From: Octopus sinensis | Lineage: Eukaryota | Length of the DNA stretch: 64,000 bases | Direction of reading: 5' to 3' | Assembly (NCBI RefSeq): GCF_006345805.1 | Contig: NC_043013.1 | Coordinates: forward strand, 34,038,001 to 34,102,000 | Part shown: positions 12,046-25,993 of the stretch, in pieces | How the letters are laid out: each line of letters starts with the position of its first letter | Numbering within the stretch: the first letter of the stretch is position 1 | Notes under the pieces: generated by a model | Told to the model about the DNA's origin: nothing | Seen by the model: only the letters and a program-made list of their open reading frames with translations | The model's database searches: none | Made by a program: the position numbers and the translations under genes

Positions 12046-13023
12046 AGAAGCCGCAGTTGGAACCTTTTCTAGCTTTGGAAATTATGACTAAAACTGATGA
12101 TGGTTATGATGATGATAGTTATGATGATGAAGATGATGATATTGTTGGTGGTGCTGTTACTGTGTAGTGGCTATATGATGTTTCATATTAAAAGAAAATT
12201 ACTTCTGTTTTATTTTCTTTGATCTGTAGTGTGTGCACGTAGTTAGCAAAGGTTATCTTTAATCAATATGCTACCAAGAACTTCCACATATGTTCCATAG
12301 AAATCCTGTGATGATCGCAATCATTTTATATGATTTTTCCCCTAAATTCATATACGATTTGCAAACAAATAATTGCACATAACTTTATCAAGATATAGAC
12401 AATATTATGAGTACAGAGACAGAAAACCAAAGCCAAAAAGAGAAAAAAGAAATTGTGTACGCTGAGAGACGTATTTTATAGTGTGAAAAACTTTCTCAAC
12501 TTTTATATTAACTAGATACTTAATGTGAAATAATTCATAAATAAATACCTTTAGTACTTATTGTTTGTTACTTCTTCTTTATTTTTCCATTACCATCATA
12601 AAGTTGTCATCATCATCATCATCATCATCATCAATAATAACAGCAAGAACAACTACTGCTGCACAGTACAAGAGCAGGTGCATTTGTCAATAACTAAATA
12701 TATACAATTATAAGCTTGTTGCCTTTGGTAAATAAAATTATTGTTTTGTGATTAAATAGTTCAGTGGAGACATCTGTACATAAGCCTAACAGATAAGTAA
12801 ATATGAACATAGTTAAAGTATTCAGCATTAAAATGTAGATAGAAATAAATACATAGTGGGGAATAATAAAACAATTTTAGTCAAGGACTGATACTATTAT
12901 CATTTTCTATAGTAAGTATGGGAGGCAGTTCTATATATGTCTACATATCAATCTGACTGCATCAGCATAGAATTCTGCTCACTGGTGGATGTAAGAGTGA
13001 AAGAATAACTAAGTAAATCAGTA

Positions 13024-13459
13024 CTGTGATCCCTCGAATATCGCGGGTGTTATGTTCCAACTCCCCACCCATGATAGATGAAAATCCGTGAAGTAGAAAC
13101 AGTACTGTACTGTATATTTTGTTTTATTTTTTTAATAATTTGTATACATTTATCTTATTATAAATGCAAAACAACACCACACACTCACCACCCGAGTTTT
13201 GTTTTCCATATAGTATGTGTGATTCTGTTTACTCATATACGGTACTGTATTTTTATTTCTTAAATTATTAATTTTTAAGTGTGATAATACTTATTTTACC
13301 ACAGAAATGATTAAAATCTAAAAAAATAAATGTATATTAGCCCCAGAAACCCACGATATATTGAGGAGTCCATAATATAAATTTACATATATTAGCCAGA
13401 AAAATCCATGATGTACTGATGGTGTGATAAGTGAACTGTGATATGGTGAGTGGTTACTG
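13024..13459. mobile_element. Tigger/pogo-type MITE
   Basis: TA-c(t)gtgatccctcgaatatcgcggg at the left end and ...gtgatatggtgagtggttactg-TA at the right. Degenerate CAGT-type TIRs with TA flanks and no ORF. Confidence 0.7.
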
Positions 13460-13635
13460 TATTACATAATTCAGAGATACCATCATTATATGCTACATAT
13501 CCTTTTTCCAAGGGGTAAGTAGCAAATAGACACATTCATAATATATGCATATGCATGCGTATAAATGTATGTATGTATGTAAGGTCTGTATGACATTTAA
13601 CATGATATAACATGTAATTCAAATATCACACACAC

Positions 13636-13709
<74 letters not shown>

Positions 13710-13829
13710 CAACAAACGTGATGAAAATTTTCCGAAAAAAATCATCAAATAGCTTCTAATTAATCGTTGGTATTATAAATGAAAAGGTAACTAATTAAGA
13801 GCAAGAATTCCAATGAAGAAATTTAGCAC

Positions 13830-15310
13830 TTTTATTCATCTACATCACATAATTATAACAAACAAGGAAGGCAACTACCTCACAAAGTTTGAATTCAAAA
13901 CCAGCAGTCTGTATGGTCTCCCAAGAATTAACAAGAATAAAATGATATACGATATAAAATATCAAAACTGACATTCCCTTCAAGCCAGAAGACTCTAAAC
14001 AATATTTGCTATTTATTTCTTGCTGCCCAAAGCCTAGCAAAATAAATATAACGTTTAACAAGAATATTGCAAAATTTATTTTTTGAAATTCTGAAGCTCG
14101 AAGTAAAAGACTCCAAAAATTAAAACAAAGGCTGCTTGAAAGACAGAACTAAACAAAAAATTGATAATGGAATACGATGTGCCAGAGCAATGCTCATGAA
14201 TTACAAATTATAAAAACAATTCAGATACTCAAAATAATTTACCTTAAAACACAATTGAAACAATAGAGAAACACACGACAGTATTTCTCAGAATATTCCG
14301 TCATTTAAATAAGATCCAAGAATGGAAAGAAATCAACTGAAATATGCAAAATAATCATATAGATGCAGGCGTGACTTTGTGGTAAGAAGCTTGCTTCCTT
14401 ATCACACAGTTCCAGGTTCAGTCCCACTGTGTGGCACCTTTGGTGTTTTCTACTATAGCCTTGGGCCAACCAAAGCTTTGTGAGTGGGTTTAGTAGATGG
14501 AAGCTGAAAGAAGCCGATCATATATATATATATATGTATATATTTGTGTGTGTGTCTTTGTGTCTGTGTTTCCCCCCCACCACCACCACCACCACTATTA
14601 CTTGAGAACTGATGCTGGTGTGTTTATGTCCCAGTAACTTAGCGGTTCAGCAAATGAGACTGATAAGTACTAGGCTTACAAAGAATAAATCCTGGGGTCG
14701 ATTTCTTCAACTAAAACCCTTTAAGGCGGTGCTCCAGCATGGCCACAATCAAATGACTGAAACAAGTAAAAGAATAAAAGAATAACAAAAAAAACAAGAA
14801 AAAATCCAAAAAGATTACTTAACAGTGCCCAACTATGCAATACAAAACGAAGATTGATAGTGAAAAAGTATAGTCACTCTGACTACTGAATCTACATCAA
14901 ACTTATAGGAGACACATTATAGACTTATATCAGGACATGTTCTTTGTAAGAAAAAAACCCACAGGTTTTTCAAGACTTTCACTTATATTATAAAATGTAA
15001 TAGTTGTCACAAAGATAGGACAAATGAAATTTACTTTGAGAAAAACAGACTAAATATTCATCGGGAAAAATATAAGATTCTAATATCTTAATACAAAACA
15101 GATTCCATTAAGTGAACATTTGAACATTTGAAGCAGAGTGACAGGTTATTTTAGTGAATCACTAAAATAACCTGTCCTTCTGCTTTGTCTTGTTCAAACA
15201 AAGCCACAGATCAAAAATGGGTAGAAAACAAAATAAAAGATAAAAGAAAGAAAGAAAAAGAAAATATGTTCATTAAACATATGGATCCTGTCTGAATAAA
15301 CTGTAACCAC
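13830..15310 (+). mobile_element. Penelope-like retroelement fossil (RT N-terminal part plus GIY-YIG endonuclease), interrupted by a SINE
   Basis: SLYGLPRINKN at about 13906 matches the Penelope YGLPKIHK motif. YIIKCNSCHK...RLNIHRE from about 14984 and KENMFIKHMDP near 15260 match the GIY-YIG domain. Many stops and frameshifts. Confidence 0.75.
14362..14784 (+). mobile_element. SINE family A, complete
   Basis: Head, central microsatellite and tail ending aaaagaataaaagaata. Confidence 0.9.
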
Positions 15311-16020
15311 ATATTAAATGATGACATTACACTATTGCAGTTCCCATATACATGCACAAATACATAGGCAACTATATTGAAAGTTATTTTTCTTTATTTA
15401 ATTGTTCAAATAACTAGGTGTGGATATTACCACATGGCACATTCACTGGATTAACAAACCCCTGTGTTTTAGGACAATTATCGTCCATAGGGTCACATGA
15501 CTTCGTATACAGACATAACACACAATTGTTATTCATGTTGTCATACAAAACAGTCACTGCTCTAATTCAACCTTGACTTTTGGGGCGGCTATCATTCATA
15601 CAGCCACATGATCCACTGGCATCATGACCAACTTTGAGAAACCAAATTGCACTTTGATTATTTAAATTACATCTCCGTGTAAAAAGACCATATTGTTAAA
15701 TTCAAATCAGACTTGACATAAATGCAGCATAGCAACTGGACCTTCCATACCACTCTGCTCAAAGAAAATCATGAAATTCTGAAACCGATCAGGTAAGGAA
15801 AACGCAAAGAGAATTATTTCAAAAACTCCAACTGTATTTTTAAGCATTCTTTTTACCATATATTTTGCACAGTGTTTATGAAACCTTCTGGCTAATAAAG
15901 CAAGTATAATTCTTATTTTTTCCATTTCTTGAAATATGATTTATTTAACATTGTTGCGATTATTCATTTCATTTTTTCCTTTCAGTATTATCTTCTTCTT
16001 CTCCTCACTATTATTATTAC

Positions 16021-16076
<56 letters not shown>

Positions 16077-16911
16077 TATTATTATGTGTGTTACTTGTCT
16101 AATTTGTGAAATTAATTGGACATGTTTGTTTTATAAAAGGAGTGCTTAGAGTCAGATAGAAAAAAAAGTATATATACTCACACACACACACACACACACC
16201 ACACACACTCATACACACATAAAAGTGTGTGTGTAGATATATACATGTATTCATATGTATATATGTATGTACATAATTTTATTTTTTAATTGTGTTTTAC
16301 ATACGTGTACCTTGTTATATGGTAAAGTAAGCCAGAACATCGCATTATTAATTGGAGAAGAAGAGATGATGATGACGATGATGATGATCGAAATATTTTA
16401 TTTGAAATATGTAAGAACCATAATCATCATTGAAGAGAAAAAATTACCAGATAAAAATGACAAAAATGAAATAAGTAAATTGTTAATAAATACATAAATA
16501 AATGATTATAATTATCTAAATTTTTGGAATCAGAAATGGAAAAAAAAAATTTTTCCCTCTTCAAATTTGAAATGAAATAACAAAAGAAAAGAAAGAATAT
16601 TTTCTGTTCGGTAAATAAAAGAAAAAAATAATCCAGAATGGAAAACTTTGAAAGTCTTATTAATCTGATAATAACATCAAGGTTCACTGACAGAGCTAAA
16701 ATATGAATTTATCTAATGTGTATTTTTCATTCTTTCAATATATAACATACAAATTATACCAAAGAATGAATTAAAATCTTCTGGCAGGAAACTTCAACAG
16801 CCAATTATTTCTTCAAAATTTCCTTCTGACATAAAGTGATTGAACTTCATCTACCAGTCTTTTCTGATATATATATATATATATACATATATTTATATGT
16901 ATGTGTGTGTA

Positions 16912-16947
<36 letters not shown>

Positions 16948-17000
16948 CATGTATGTATGTATATATGTATGTATGTAAGTATGCATGTATATACATGCAT

Positions 17001-17260
17001 ACAGGGTTCAGGATGTCACCATCGGTGCAAATAACATGAAACACGTAAACAAATGCGGGAAAATGAGTGAAATACGTAAACAATGAGAAAGTGATGGAAA
17101 ACAGGACAAGTTAACTCAGAGGAAGGACCCTTCATCAGTTATCAGCTATCTGCTCCTCATTCCGAGCATTCAACGACAATATGAGTCATCAAAAACAGTT
17201 GCTCCCATGAATTCTAAAATAAAATTTAGGATTATTGGAGGGTCAAATTTGGGAACTAAA
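17001..17260. mobile_element. Short dispersed repeat next to a microsatellite, pLTR-like
   Basis: Non-coding and relatively CpG-rich, begins at a (TG)/(TA) tract, and has ctgatga on the minus strand. Family not established. Confidence 0.4.
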
Positions 17261-18078
17261 AAAACGACAGTGGAGAAATACAATTCTCTTTTCTCCCCCT
17301 CCCTCCTTCACAGTTTTCTATCTGTCTCTCTCTCCCTCTTTCTCTTTTCCTCTTTCTCGTTCTCTCGCTGCTCACACATGACCATCATCCATCTTTCTTT
17401 TCCTCACGTGACCATCTTTATTTTCTTGCCCGGACGTTTAAACGAACAGACGTGTTTTTTCTCTCTCTTGTAATCTCTTTTTTTATTTTTTTTTTTAAAA
17501 ACTTTCTCCCAGCGTTCATTATTTTCCTCTCGTTCTGCTCAAACTACCCTCTATGTTTGTTTTCGTTTGGTTTCCTTGTATGTCCCCAGTCATTCTTTTT
17601 TGAGAGAGGGAGAGGGGGGAGAGAGAGAGAGCGAGAAAGGAGGGATAAACAGAGAGAGAAAAGGAGAGAGGAAGAGAAGCGAGAGAAGGAGAGGGAAGAT
17701 GGAGAGAGGTGAAGGAGAAAGCTAGAAAGAAAGATGTACAGCCAGACAAATAAAAAGAAAGATAAGCAAAGACAGAAATAGATCAGATAAATACATAGAT
17801 AGATAAATGCTCTGTAATTATGTTGTAATCTTCGTAGTGCGATTCTCATTGTTAATGGCCATTTTTATTATAAACTGACAGAATCGTTAGTCCATCAGAC
17901 AAAATTGCTGGCAGTATTTCTTTGTGATTTTCACATTCTGAGTTCAGATTCTGTTGAAATCTCTTTGCCTTTCATCCTTACGACGTCGGTAAAATATGTT
18001 CCAGTTGACTACTGGGATTAATGTAATCAACTTACCAACTTCCCATCAAAATTACTTGCCTTCTGACAAATTTAAAAC

Positions 18079-18139
<61 letters not shown>

Positions 18140-18282
18140 TTACCTTTGAATGCTATGCATATGTTTACCGTTTTTATTCATCATTTCATTATCATATGTA
18201 AACCCCCACACTTTATGTCTGCCTCTGTATCTTTCGCCCTCGTGGAAAATAACTGAAATCATTATTATTATTATTATTATTA

Positions 18283-18415
18283 TTCGTTCTGAGTTCAAAT
18301 GCCGCCGGGGTCGATTTTGCCTTTTATCGTTTTGGGGTAGATAAATTAAGTCATTGTAATTGACAGGTCCCCTCCCCTAAAATTTCAGGCCTTGTGCCTA
18401 GAATAGAAAGCATTA
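18283..18415 (+). mobile_element. CORE-type SINE family C, 5'-truncated
   Basis: gttctgagttcaaatgccgccggggtcgattttgccttttatcgttttggggtagataaattaagt matches the 38785 and 39001 copies. A more decayed copy lies at about 17875-18060. Confidence 0.75.
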
Positions 18416-19492
18416 TTATTATTATTATTATTAGTAGTATTAAACGACTCGATTAGAATCACTTCAAGGATAAGACAGAGCTGAACGACATTTGTTACAA
18501 GCGACAGTACCTCTTTGCTCAGAGTATCTGGGAAAGATTCAAGAGGAAGATAACACTGTTTAAAAAATGCAGAAATATTCTATATGCCCTCTACGATAGA
18601 ACTTGCATAAGCTTTGGCCAATGAGTCACAGAAGAAATGTTTTATTCCATAAACCTGTGCAAGATATATGAGCTTTAAGAATGAGAAAATAGCTTCAATT
18701 GATGTTTCACACAGCTACGCACTTTGGTACCACAGTACAAGCGGAAATGAGTCCTGACCAGATATATATTTTGTGTAATTGATCCTTTATTGTAATACTT
18801 TAGAAGGAATCAACGTGATAGTGTGACAAAATTAGCTCCTCAAATTTCCCGTACAATCAATCCAATGGGCTTCCATTCAGTTTCTGTAAACCCACGAGGC
18901 TATAGAAAATAGCACCTATTTAAACGTCACGAATTGGGATCGAACTTAAGACTTCATGCTTAAAAAGCAATTTCCATAATCAATCGGCTAAAATTTTGCC
19001 TTTACATTGTGCGTCTGCTCGGGCGCGCATTTCTACATATTTTATGATCCCTTTTTTGGGACATTTTGTATTCTATATATGCAGTGGTTGTTGCCAATAA
19101 AGAAAGGATTTTTCTCTGTGGTCTTATTTTCGTCGTGTGCTTTTACTGCACCAACAAGTGCAGTTCTATATGCCTAAGGTACTTGCCGTGTTTTGTTTCA
19201 TTTGCATTGTAAATCACATGGGAAATATTCTTGTTAATATCTGCGCAGTAACTGGAAAGACATAACACATACTCACTGTAGTTCGCCAGAGCCCACATTG
19301 ATGTCAATTGAGACACTTTTCATTGTCTATTCAGTGAGTTATAATATCCTTCTTATCTGTATCTCTAATCTGCTTAACCTTTTACCTGTGTCATCAGTGA
19401 ACCAGTTTGCCTTATTTGTCTCGTCAGTGAGCCAGTTTGGTCTATCTTTCTCAAACTGGTGCTTTTAGTGTTTAATATTATGTTAGTTGTAA

Positions 19493-19672
19493 AGGCAGCG
19501 AGCTGGCAGAATCGTTAGCACACCGGGCAAATGCTTAGTGGTACTTCGTCCGCCTTTACGTTGCCTTTCATCCTTTCGAGGTTGATAAAATATGTACTAG
19601 TTGAGCACTAGGGTCGATGTAATTGACTTAACCCCACCCCTGAAATTGCTGGCGTTGTGCCAAAAATTTCGA
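19493..19672 (+). mobile_element. CORE-type SINE family C with internal deletion
   Basis: aggcagcgagctggcagaatcgttagcac head and ttgcctttcatcctttcgaggttgataa CORE-like segment. Confidence 0.85.
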
Positions 19673-20727
19673 CTATAGGTAGTTTAGTTCCTATCTTGAA
19701 GAGCTTAAGTAATTTAATTTTAAAAAATCACAGTCGTCTGTCGCATTAGCTGTAGTATCCAAACTGCGTCTGTCTCATGATGCATATCGCTGAGACTCGT
19801 TGTTAACGCTTATCTTCCAACTCAACTTTGGTTCAGCATCAGACCAAGGAACTTGAGGAATACAGGTGTATGCCTAAATGTGTATATATGATGTTCAGTT
19901 CGCAACTATCTAAATTCATCTTCGTTCCCAGAATATGATACTTCGTGCAAGTGACTTTCGTTCTTACGGCAGGTGAACCAAAACCATCACATAGATTTAG
20001 TAGATGGAAGCTGTGATGTATGGAAGCCTACAGGAGGGACAGCTCCTGTTTTTGAAGTTGTAAACTTAATTCGTCATCTTGTTTAACATCATTTGGCTCT
20101 CTTTAGAGCTGTACAATCTTTGGTCTGAGCTGGTTTCATCTTTCCTACATACCAGTGTCAAAGATTCGAAAAATGTAATGAACTCTATTCTTAATTCTCT
20201 GGCGAAACCATAACAAAAGTTTAACTATTCTAGCTGTCATTATACGAGAAGTTTAATGTACACCGTCTTTCTTTGAGATGTGATTGAGATTTGATTACTA
20301 TTTTTAGAGAGGCGTACGATTACATAGGAACCCTTTCATTGGCTCAACCCTATAAAGATGAAAGATATGTAACTAGATTTTCTATCATCCCAACATTTTG
20401 ATTATCTGATCTTACTGGAGTAATTTCCCTTGGTTTTTTTAAGGCTTTAAACACCATCACAGGGAAATATTTTTGCCGACTAATTGTATTAGTCTCAATC
20501 AATTAAGGGTTCACAACCCACTACCATACCTATGTGAGACCCTGCCGTATATGTATTTATTGTGCAGAGCACTCTACTCGGCACCATTTCTTTACTCATA
20601 GAGTTAAAGAAATACATATTTGGGACAATAGCATGCAAAGTGCATGCTAATATTTCACACCTGAGCCATACTAGCTTGGATACAACGTAGACATTACCTC
20701 CTCTTTCTAATACATAGACACACGCTT

Positions 20728-20963
20728 GAAGGCGCGGGACCTAATGGTTAGGGTGTTGTACTCACGATCTAGCGATCGGGGGCGGGTTGATTCCCGGACC
20801 GAGCGAAAACACTTTATTTTATTTAACTCCAGTCCACTCATCTGTAAATGGATAACTCTGCAGCAGACTAATCTTTCGATCGAGGGGGAATATTGGCCTG
20901 CTCACCTAACCAGTTGAGTGGTATCATTCAAAAGCTAATCGATGCAAAAGGCATTGTGACAAG

Positions 20964-20965
<2 letters not shown>
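20728..20965 (+). mobile_element. SINE family B variant
   Basis: gaaggcgcgggacctaatggttagggtgttg...gattcccggaccg...ccagtccactca, similar to the 11024 copy. Confidence 0.75.
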
Positions 20966-21011
<46 letters not shown>

Positions 21012-21013
<2 letters not shown>

Positions 21014-21161
21014 GACGGGCTTCTTTCCTTTTCCGTTTACTAAATCCACTTACAAGGCTTTGTCGGCCCGACACTTGCCCAAGGTGGCCACGCGGTGGGA
21101 CTGAACCCGGAACCATGTGGTTGGTATGCAAGCTACTTACCACACTACCACTCCTGCACCT
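21012..21161 (-). mobile_element. SINE family A head
   Basis: Reverse complement of the family A head. A further decayed head lies at about 21300-21440. Confidence 0.85.
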
Positions 21162-21839
21162 ATATATATATTATATATATATATATTATATATATATATA
21201 CACACCCACACACACACAACAGATGTCTTCAGTTTCAATCTAACAATTTAATTTTCAAAATTCACAAGATATTGGTTGACTCATTCACAGCTGCAGTAAA
21301 AAATGGTATCTAATAGTATAAGGATGCTGGGACCGAACCAAGGGTCATGTGGTTCAAAAGTGTACTTCTTAAACACATAGCCACACAACCGACATAAAGA
21401 CTACTTCCATCGACCAAATTCCATTCACAAAAGCAGAGGTTAACTTGGTTTACTATGTCATAACCAATGTTTACTATTGAAGCATGGTGAAACCAATGTA
21501 TAAACAATTTTTTTCATATTCAATTACTATCTATATTATAACATACAACTGTCCTACAGAAATTGTTTACTTTGATGTCGGACTTACTAGTTGACTTTCT
21601 GAAAACAATTGAAAGGATTTAGGATTTCAAAATATCTGGGTCTCCTTAGAAAAGAGAAGATAGCAAAATGATTATTTACCGTGAAAATAGACTATAATTG
21701 CTAGTAACTCACCTCTGTTCATATTTACCTTCATTTTGAATATTGCTATTATTTATTTTTATTTTCAAATTTTTACATTAATTTTTTAAGTATTATTACT
21801 GAGAGCTAAAGAAAAAATATATTTATAAAAAAAAATAAA

Positions 21840-21887
<48 letters not shown>

Positions 21888-22350
21888 TATGTATGTATGT
21901 ATGTATTATATATATATGTATGTATTAAATGGAAGTTAAGAAAGCAAACAGCAGAAATGAAATAACAAAGCAAATAATAGATAGATAAAAAAAAAGGACA
22001 GGGGAAAAAAAATAAAACAGGAAGAAAAATTAAAAATTTCTTGCTCCATTACTTTATATAATGTGACTAAAATATAGAATAATGTATTTTCTTACAAGGT
22101 GACTGCTTTAACCTTTGCTGACGGTGAAGGAAAAAAAAAGTTCACAATGAAGATATTTCCTCCCCACCAGCACCGTCAACAACACCGTCACATCTTTGAT
22201 TTTCCTAGTAATTAATATATTCTTCAATCAAAAATATAGAAAATGTATAAAAGCAAAAGACTACGCAACATAATTAGATGGTACATTGAAATTCTTTCCT
22301 GTATAACATCAATTTTGAATGCGATGACACAATAACAAAACAAGTGATAC

Positions 22351-22388
<38 letters not shown>

Positions 22389-22436
22389 ATATATGCACAC
22401 ACACACACATTATAAATTAATATAATATATACATAT

Positions 22437-22477
<41 letters not shown>

Positions 22478-23048
22478 ACATATATATATTATATATATAT
22501 ATATTATCATATATATATATAATTATATATATATATTATTATTATATGTATGTATGTATTAGAAAGCAATGGCAAGGAAAGTAATGACATCAACAACAGC
22601 ATCAGCATCATAGCAACAACAGTAGCATCAGCGGGAAAGAGAAAAAAATGCATCCCCACCCACTGTTGCCCCTCGCTCCCACACACATACACACATCTTT
22701 AAAAAGAAAGAAAAATATTACAAAAAGTAACAGAAACTGAACTCCAGCTAAACAAAATTGATGACAATAATGAGAAGAGTGGAATTGAGGGAAAAGAATT
22801 ATAATTTCTAACGTGAATTATAAACCAATGCAAAGCAATTCCAAGAGGTAATTTGAAAAAACTAAAATTCTATTATCACAGAAATGTCTTGTTAGAAGAA
22901 AAGAGAAGAAAAGGAAGAACCAGAAATCATGACAGAGAGGGAGATACAAAGACAGAGAGACATATGGAAATAGAGTGTGAGAGGAAAATCAAGAATATAC
23001 ATAGATACTTGTATATATATATATCATATATATATATATCTATTATAA

Positions 23049-23089
<41 letters not shown>

Positions 23090-23256
23090 ATATATATATA
23101 TATATATATAATATATATATACAAATACATATAATATATATATATATACATATAATATATATATGTGTATTTATATATATAACACGTATGATAGACATAT
23201 ATATATTACACATGCATATAATACACATATAGACATATATACATACACACAGACAC

Positions 23257-23356
23257 NNNNNNNNNNNNNNNNNNNNNNNNNNNNNNNNNNNNNNNNNNNN
23301 NNNNNNNNNNNNNNNNNNNNNNNNNNNNNNNNNNNNNNNNNNNNNNNNNNNNNNNN
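23257..23356. other. Assembly gap (exactly 100 N)
   Basis: A run of 100 N flanked by microsatellites. The round number suggests an arbitrary scaffold gap, so true distance and contiguity are unknown. Confidence 0.98.
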
Positions 23357-23412
23357 TCTTTAAGATATTTCCTATTAAAGAAGTGTGGTGTGTGTATCTG
23401 TGTGTGTGTGTA

Positions 23413-23474
<62 letters not shown>

Positions 23475-23657
23475 GAGAAAGAGAGGAAGAAAGGGTGGAT
23501 ATGAGAAACAAAGAGAGCATACGTCAGAAAAAGAAGAAGGACAAGGATACAAAGAGGAACAAATTTCATTTTGTTAATAATGAAAGGAAAACGACAACTT
23601 CGCTCATGAAAATTTCTTTCTGGCATATAGTCGCGACATAATGTGAATAAACGAATT

Positions 23658-23689
<32 letters not shown>

Positions 23690-25538
23690 ACACAATGTTA
23701 AATTGAAATTATCATTTTAAAGCTAGTTTAAGAATAACAACAGAACATCCTCTGATGTGGTGACTCAATCCTAAAAGAACCGTCATGTTTATTAGAATTT
23801 CCTGTTGACTGTGACTTCAAGTCTGGCTGAATAAACCAATAAGCGAAACATTATGTCCCAGTCGACATGAAAATTATAAAATATATATGAGGCGGGAGTC
23901 TGACTGTTATGTATGTATGCAAGTACATATGTATATACGTACGAATGTATATGTATATGTAAATAAACACTTTAAAGTGAACGAAAAGACGGAAAATGAG
24001 AACCTGATACTAAAAGTAGTATTATACATATAATTCGAAGCAGAAACTTTAGAAAGCGTTACTCTGATTTTCTTATTTCTGGTCATTGGGCGTTTATTCT
24101 AAACAATATAACGAGATTTGATTGGATAAAATAACTTAAACACAAGGGTTTTATTTGTTGCTCATATAGTCGTTATTTGAAGAACACGAGAGATAGAAGG
24201 GTGACATTTACCAGTAAGAGAAAAAAATATATATAAACATAAGAATATAAAACCTTTAGATAATACCAGATGTGGAAAATTAAATTCGTTGCGGTTATGT
24301 AAAAAAAAAAAATCTCCAGCTCTTGAACGCATCCAAGTCGAAAAAACTAATCATAAATCTCTTCAAATAGAATCCAAATTGACGGTTAAAATATCCATAA
24401 TTCTAAAAATATTTGGAAGTATAATGCTTAATGGTACATGATTATAAGTAAATATTTTGAAATATATCCACAAACTTTCAGTGTGTCGAACTTTTCATTT
24501 AAATCACATATGTCTTAAAATACATGAGATATTTTATTTACAGTAAAATAAAATTCACCAAGTTTGTTTGAAAGCTACTGTGTACATAGAGTTAAGCATA
24601 TGCAAAACCATTATTTGATTTTAAATGCTATCACTCTTTAAAGAGGCGCGCTGGGGCTTAAGCAGACGGTAAGTTTGGTTTTAAGATATGGAAAATCTCC
24701 CAACAACTGGAAACCTTTTGGAAATTTTACAACAGCTTTATAAACTAAAATATTACATCTTTGCAGCATTCCAAGTAAATTCATGCATTGTCCAACAACA
24801 CAAAAGAATATTTATATTATAGGTAGAAACACATATAACAGACAATTATTTCATAAAATTTCTAACATTTACGAAAGCCCAGATGCCAACACAAGCAAAT
24901 CTATATTTATAGAAGCAAAAGAAATCACAAATATGCTTACTAGAACTATAAACAACATATATTGCTTTTAGAGTCCATAAGTGTAAATTTTTTAGTAATT
25001 TGTATTTCTAAAAATACAATTCTTTAGTCAATCCTATAAAAAAATTCCGTTGGGAATAGTTAACAAGCTAGTTCTAGATTCACCTAAATAGAATAAAAAT
25101 TTAATAACCTTCCTTCCATGGAACACTAGTATTTTATTAGTGGAATGAATTAATTATATTAATGAATATAACATTGTAAAGTTAATCAGTTTAATGTAGC
25201 AAAATTATATCTTTCCGTAAATGAAGTTCTTAATCACTTCGCTCTCGCCAATATCACATTGAAAAATAAAAAGTTTGATAGTAAAATAGTTATGCGTGCA
25301 AGGGATTCCTCCTTATTTGATGACACAGTCTAGGAAATCAAGAGACAAATTGTTTGATGTTTAAGGACTTGATAAGACAGAATTATGTGAACATTTCGGA
25401 AACTGTATTTAAAGCCTTTTGCATATATTTCCAGTCAGAGAGGTCTATGAAGACAACGATCTTTTATTGAGCCCTAGAAACACGATCGGTGATAAAATTA
25501 GGTATATTTTGAAAAGATTCTTTAAAATTACTTATTTA

Positions 25539-25951
25539 TTCTTTTATTCGTTTCCACGTTTCAGTCATTTGACTGCGGCCATGCTGGAGCACCGCCTTAA
25601 AGGTCTTTTTAGTCGAAGAAATTAGTATTTATTCTATCGTTCTCTTTTGCCGAACCTCTAAGTTACGGGGACATAAACGCACCACATAAATACTATATAC
25701 ATACATACATGTATATATATATACATACATAAATGCATTCATATATATACACATATATATATACATATATATATACACACATATATATATATACACTTCA
25801 TAAATTGAAACTGATTTATCGGAAATCCACCTGAAGATTGTCATTAGACATGAAACAATTGTAGTGGCGGTTTTTTTACTTTTTATTAAAATTTTATGTA
25901 TTGATTAAGTCTTTCCTTGTTTGCTTTGCAAAATAGTGGTTTTGTCTCTAA

Positions 25952-25993
<42 letters not shown>

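Noticed and set aside
13097-13112. GAAAC-AGTACT-GTA resembling a hammerhead 3' half
   Set aside because: It lies within a Tigger-type MITE and has no upstream CUGANGA core or stem I.
17120-17200. Minus-strand CTGATGA in the 17-kb short repeat
   Set aside because: There is no downstream GAAA or stem III, so a hammerhead cannot be folded.
19750-19980. Minus-strand peptide RTKV...YTHLGIHL resembling the RT YKYLG motif
   Set aside because: A single short degenerate motif followed by a stop; insufficient to call a LINE.
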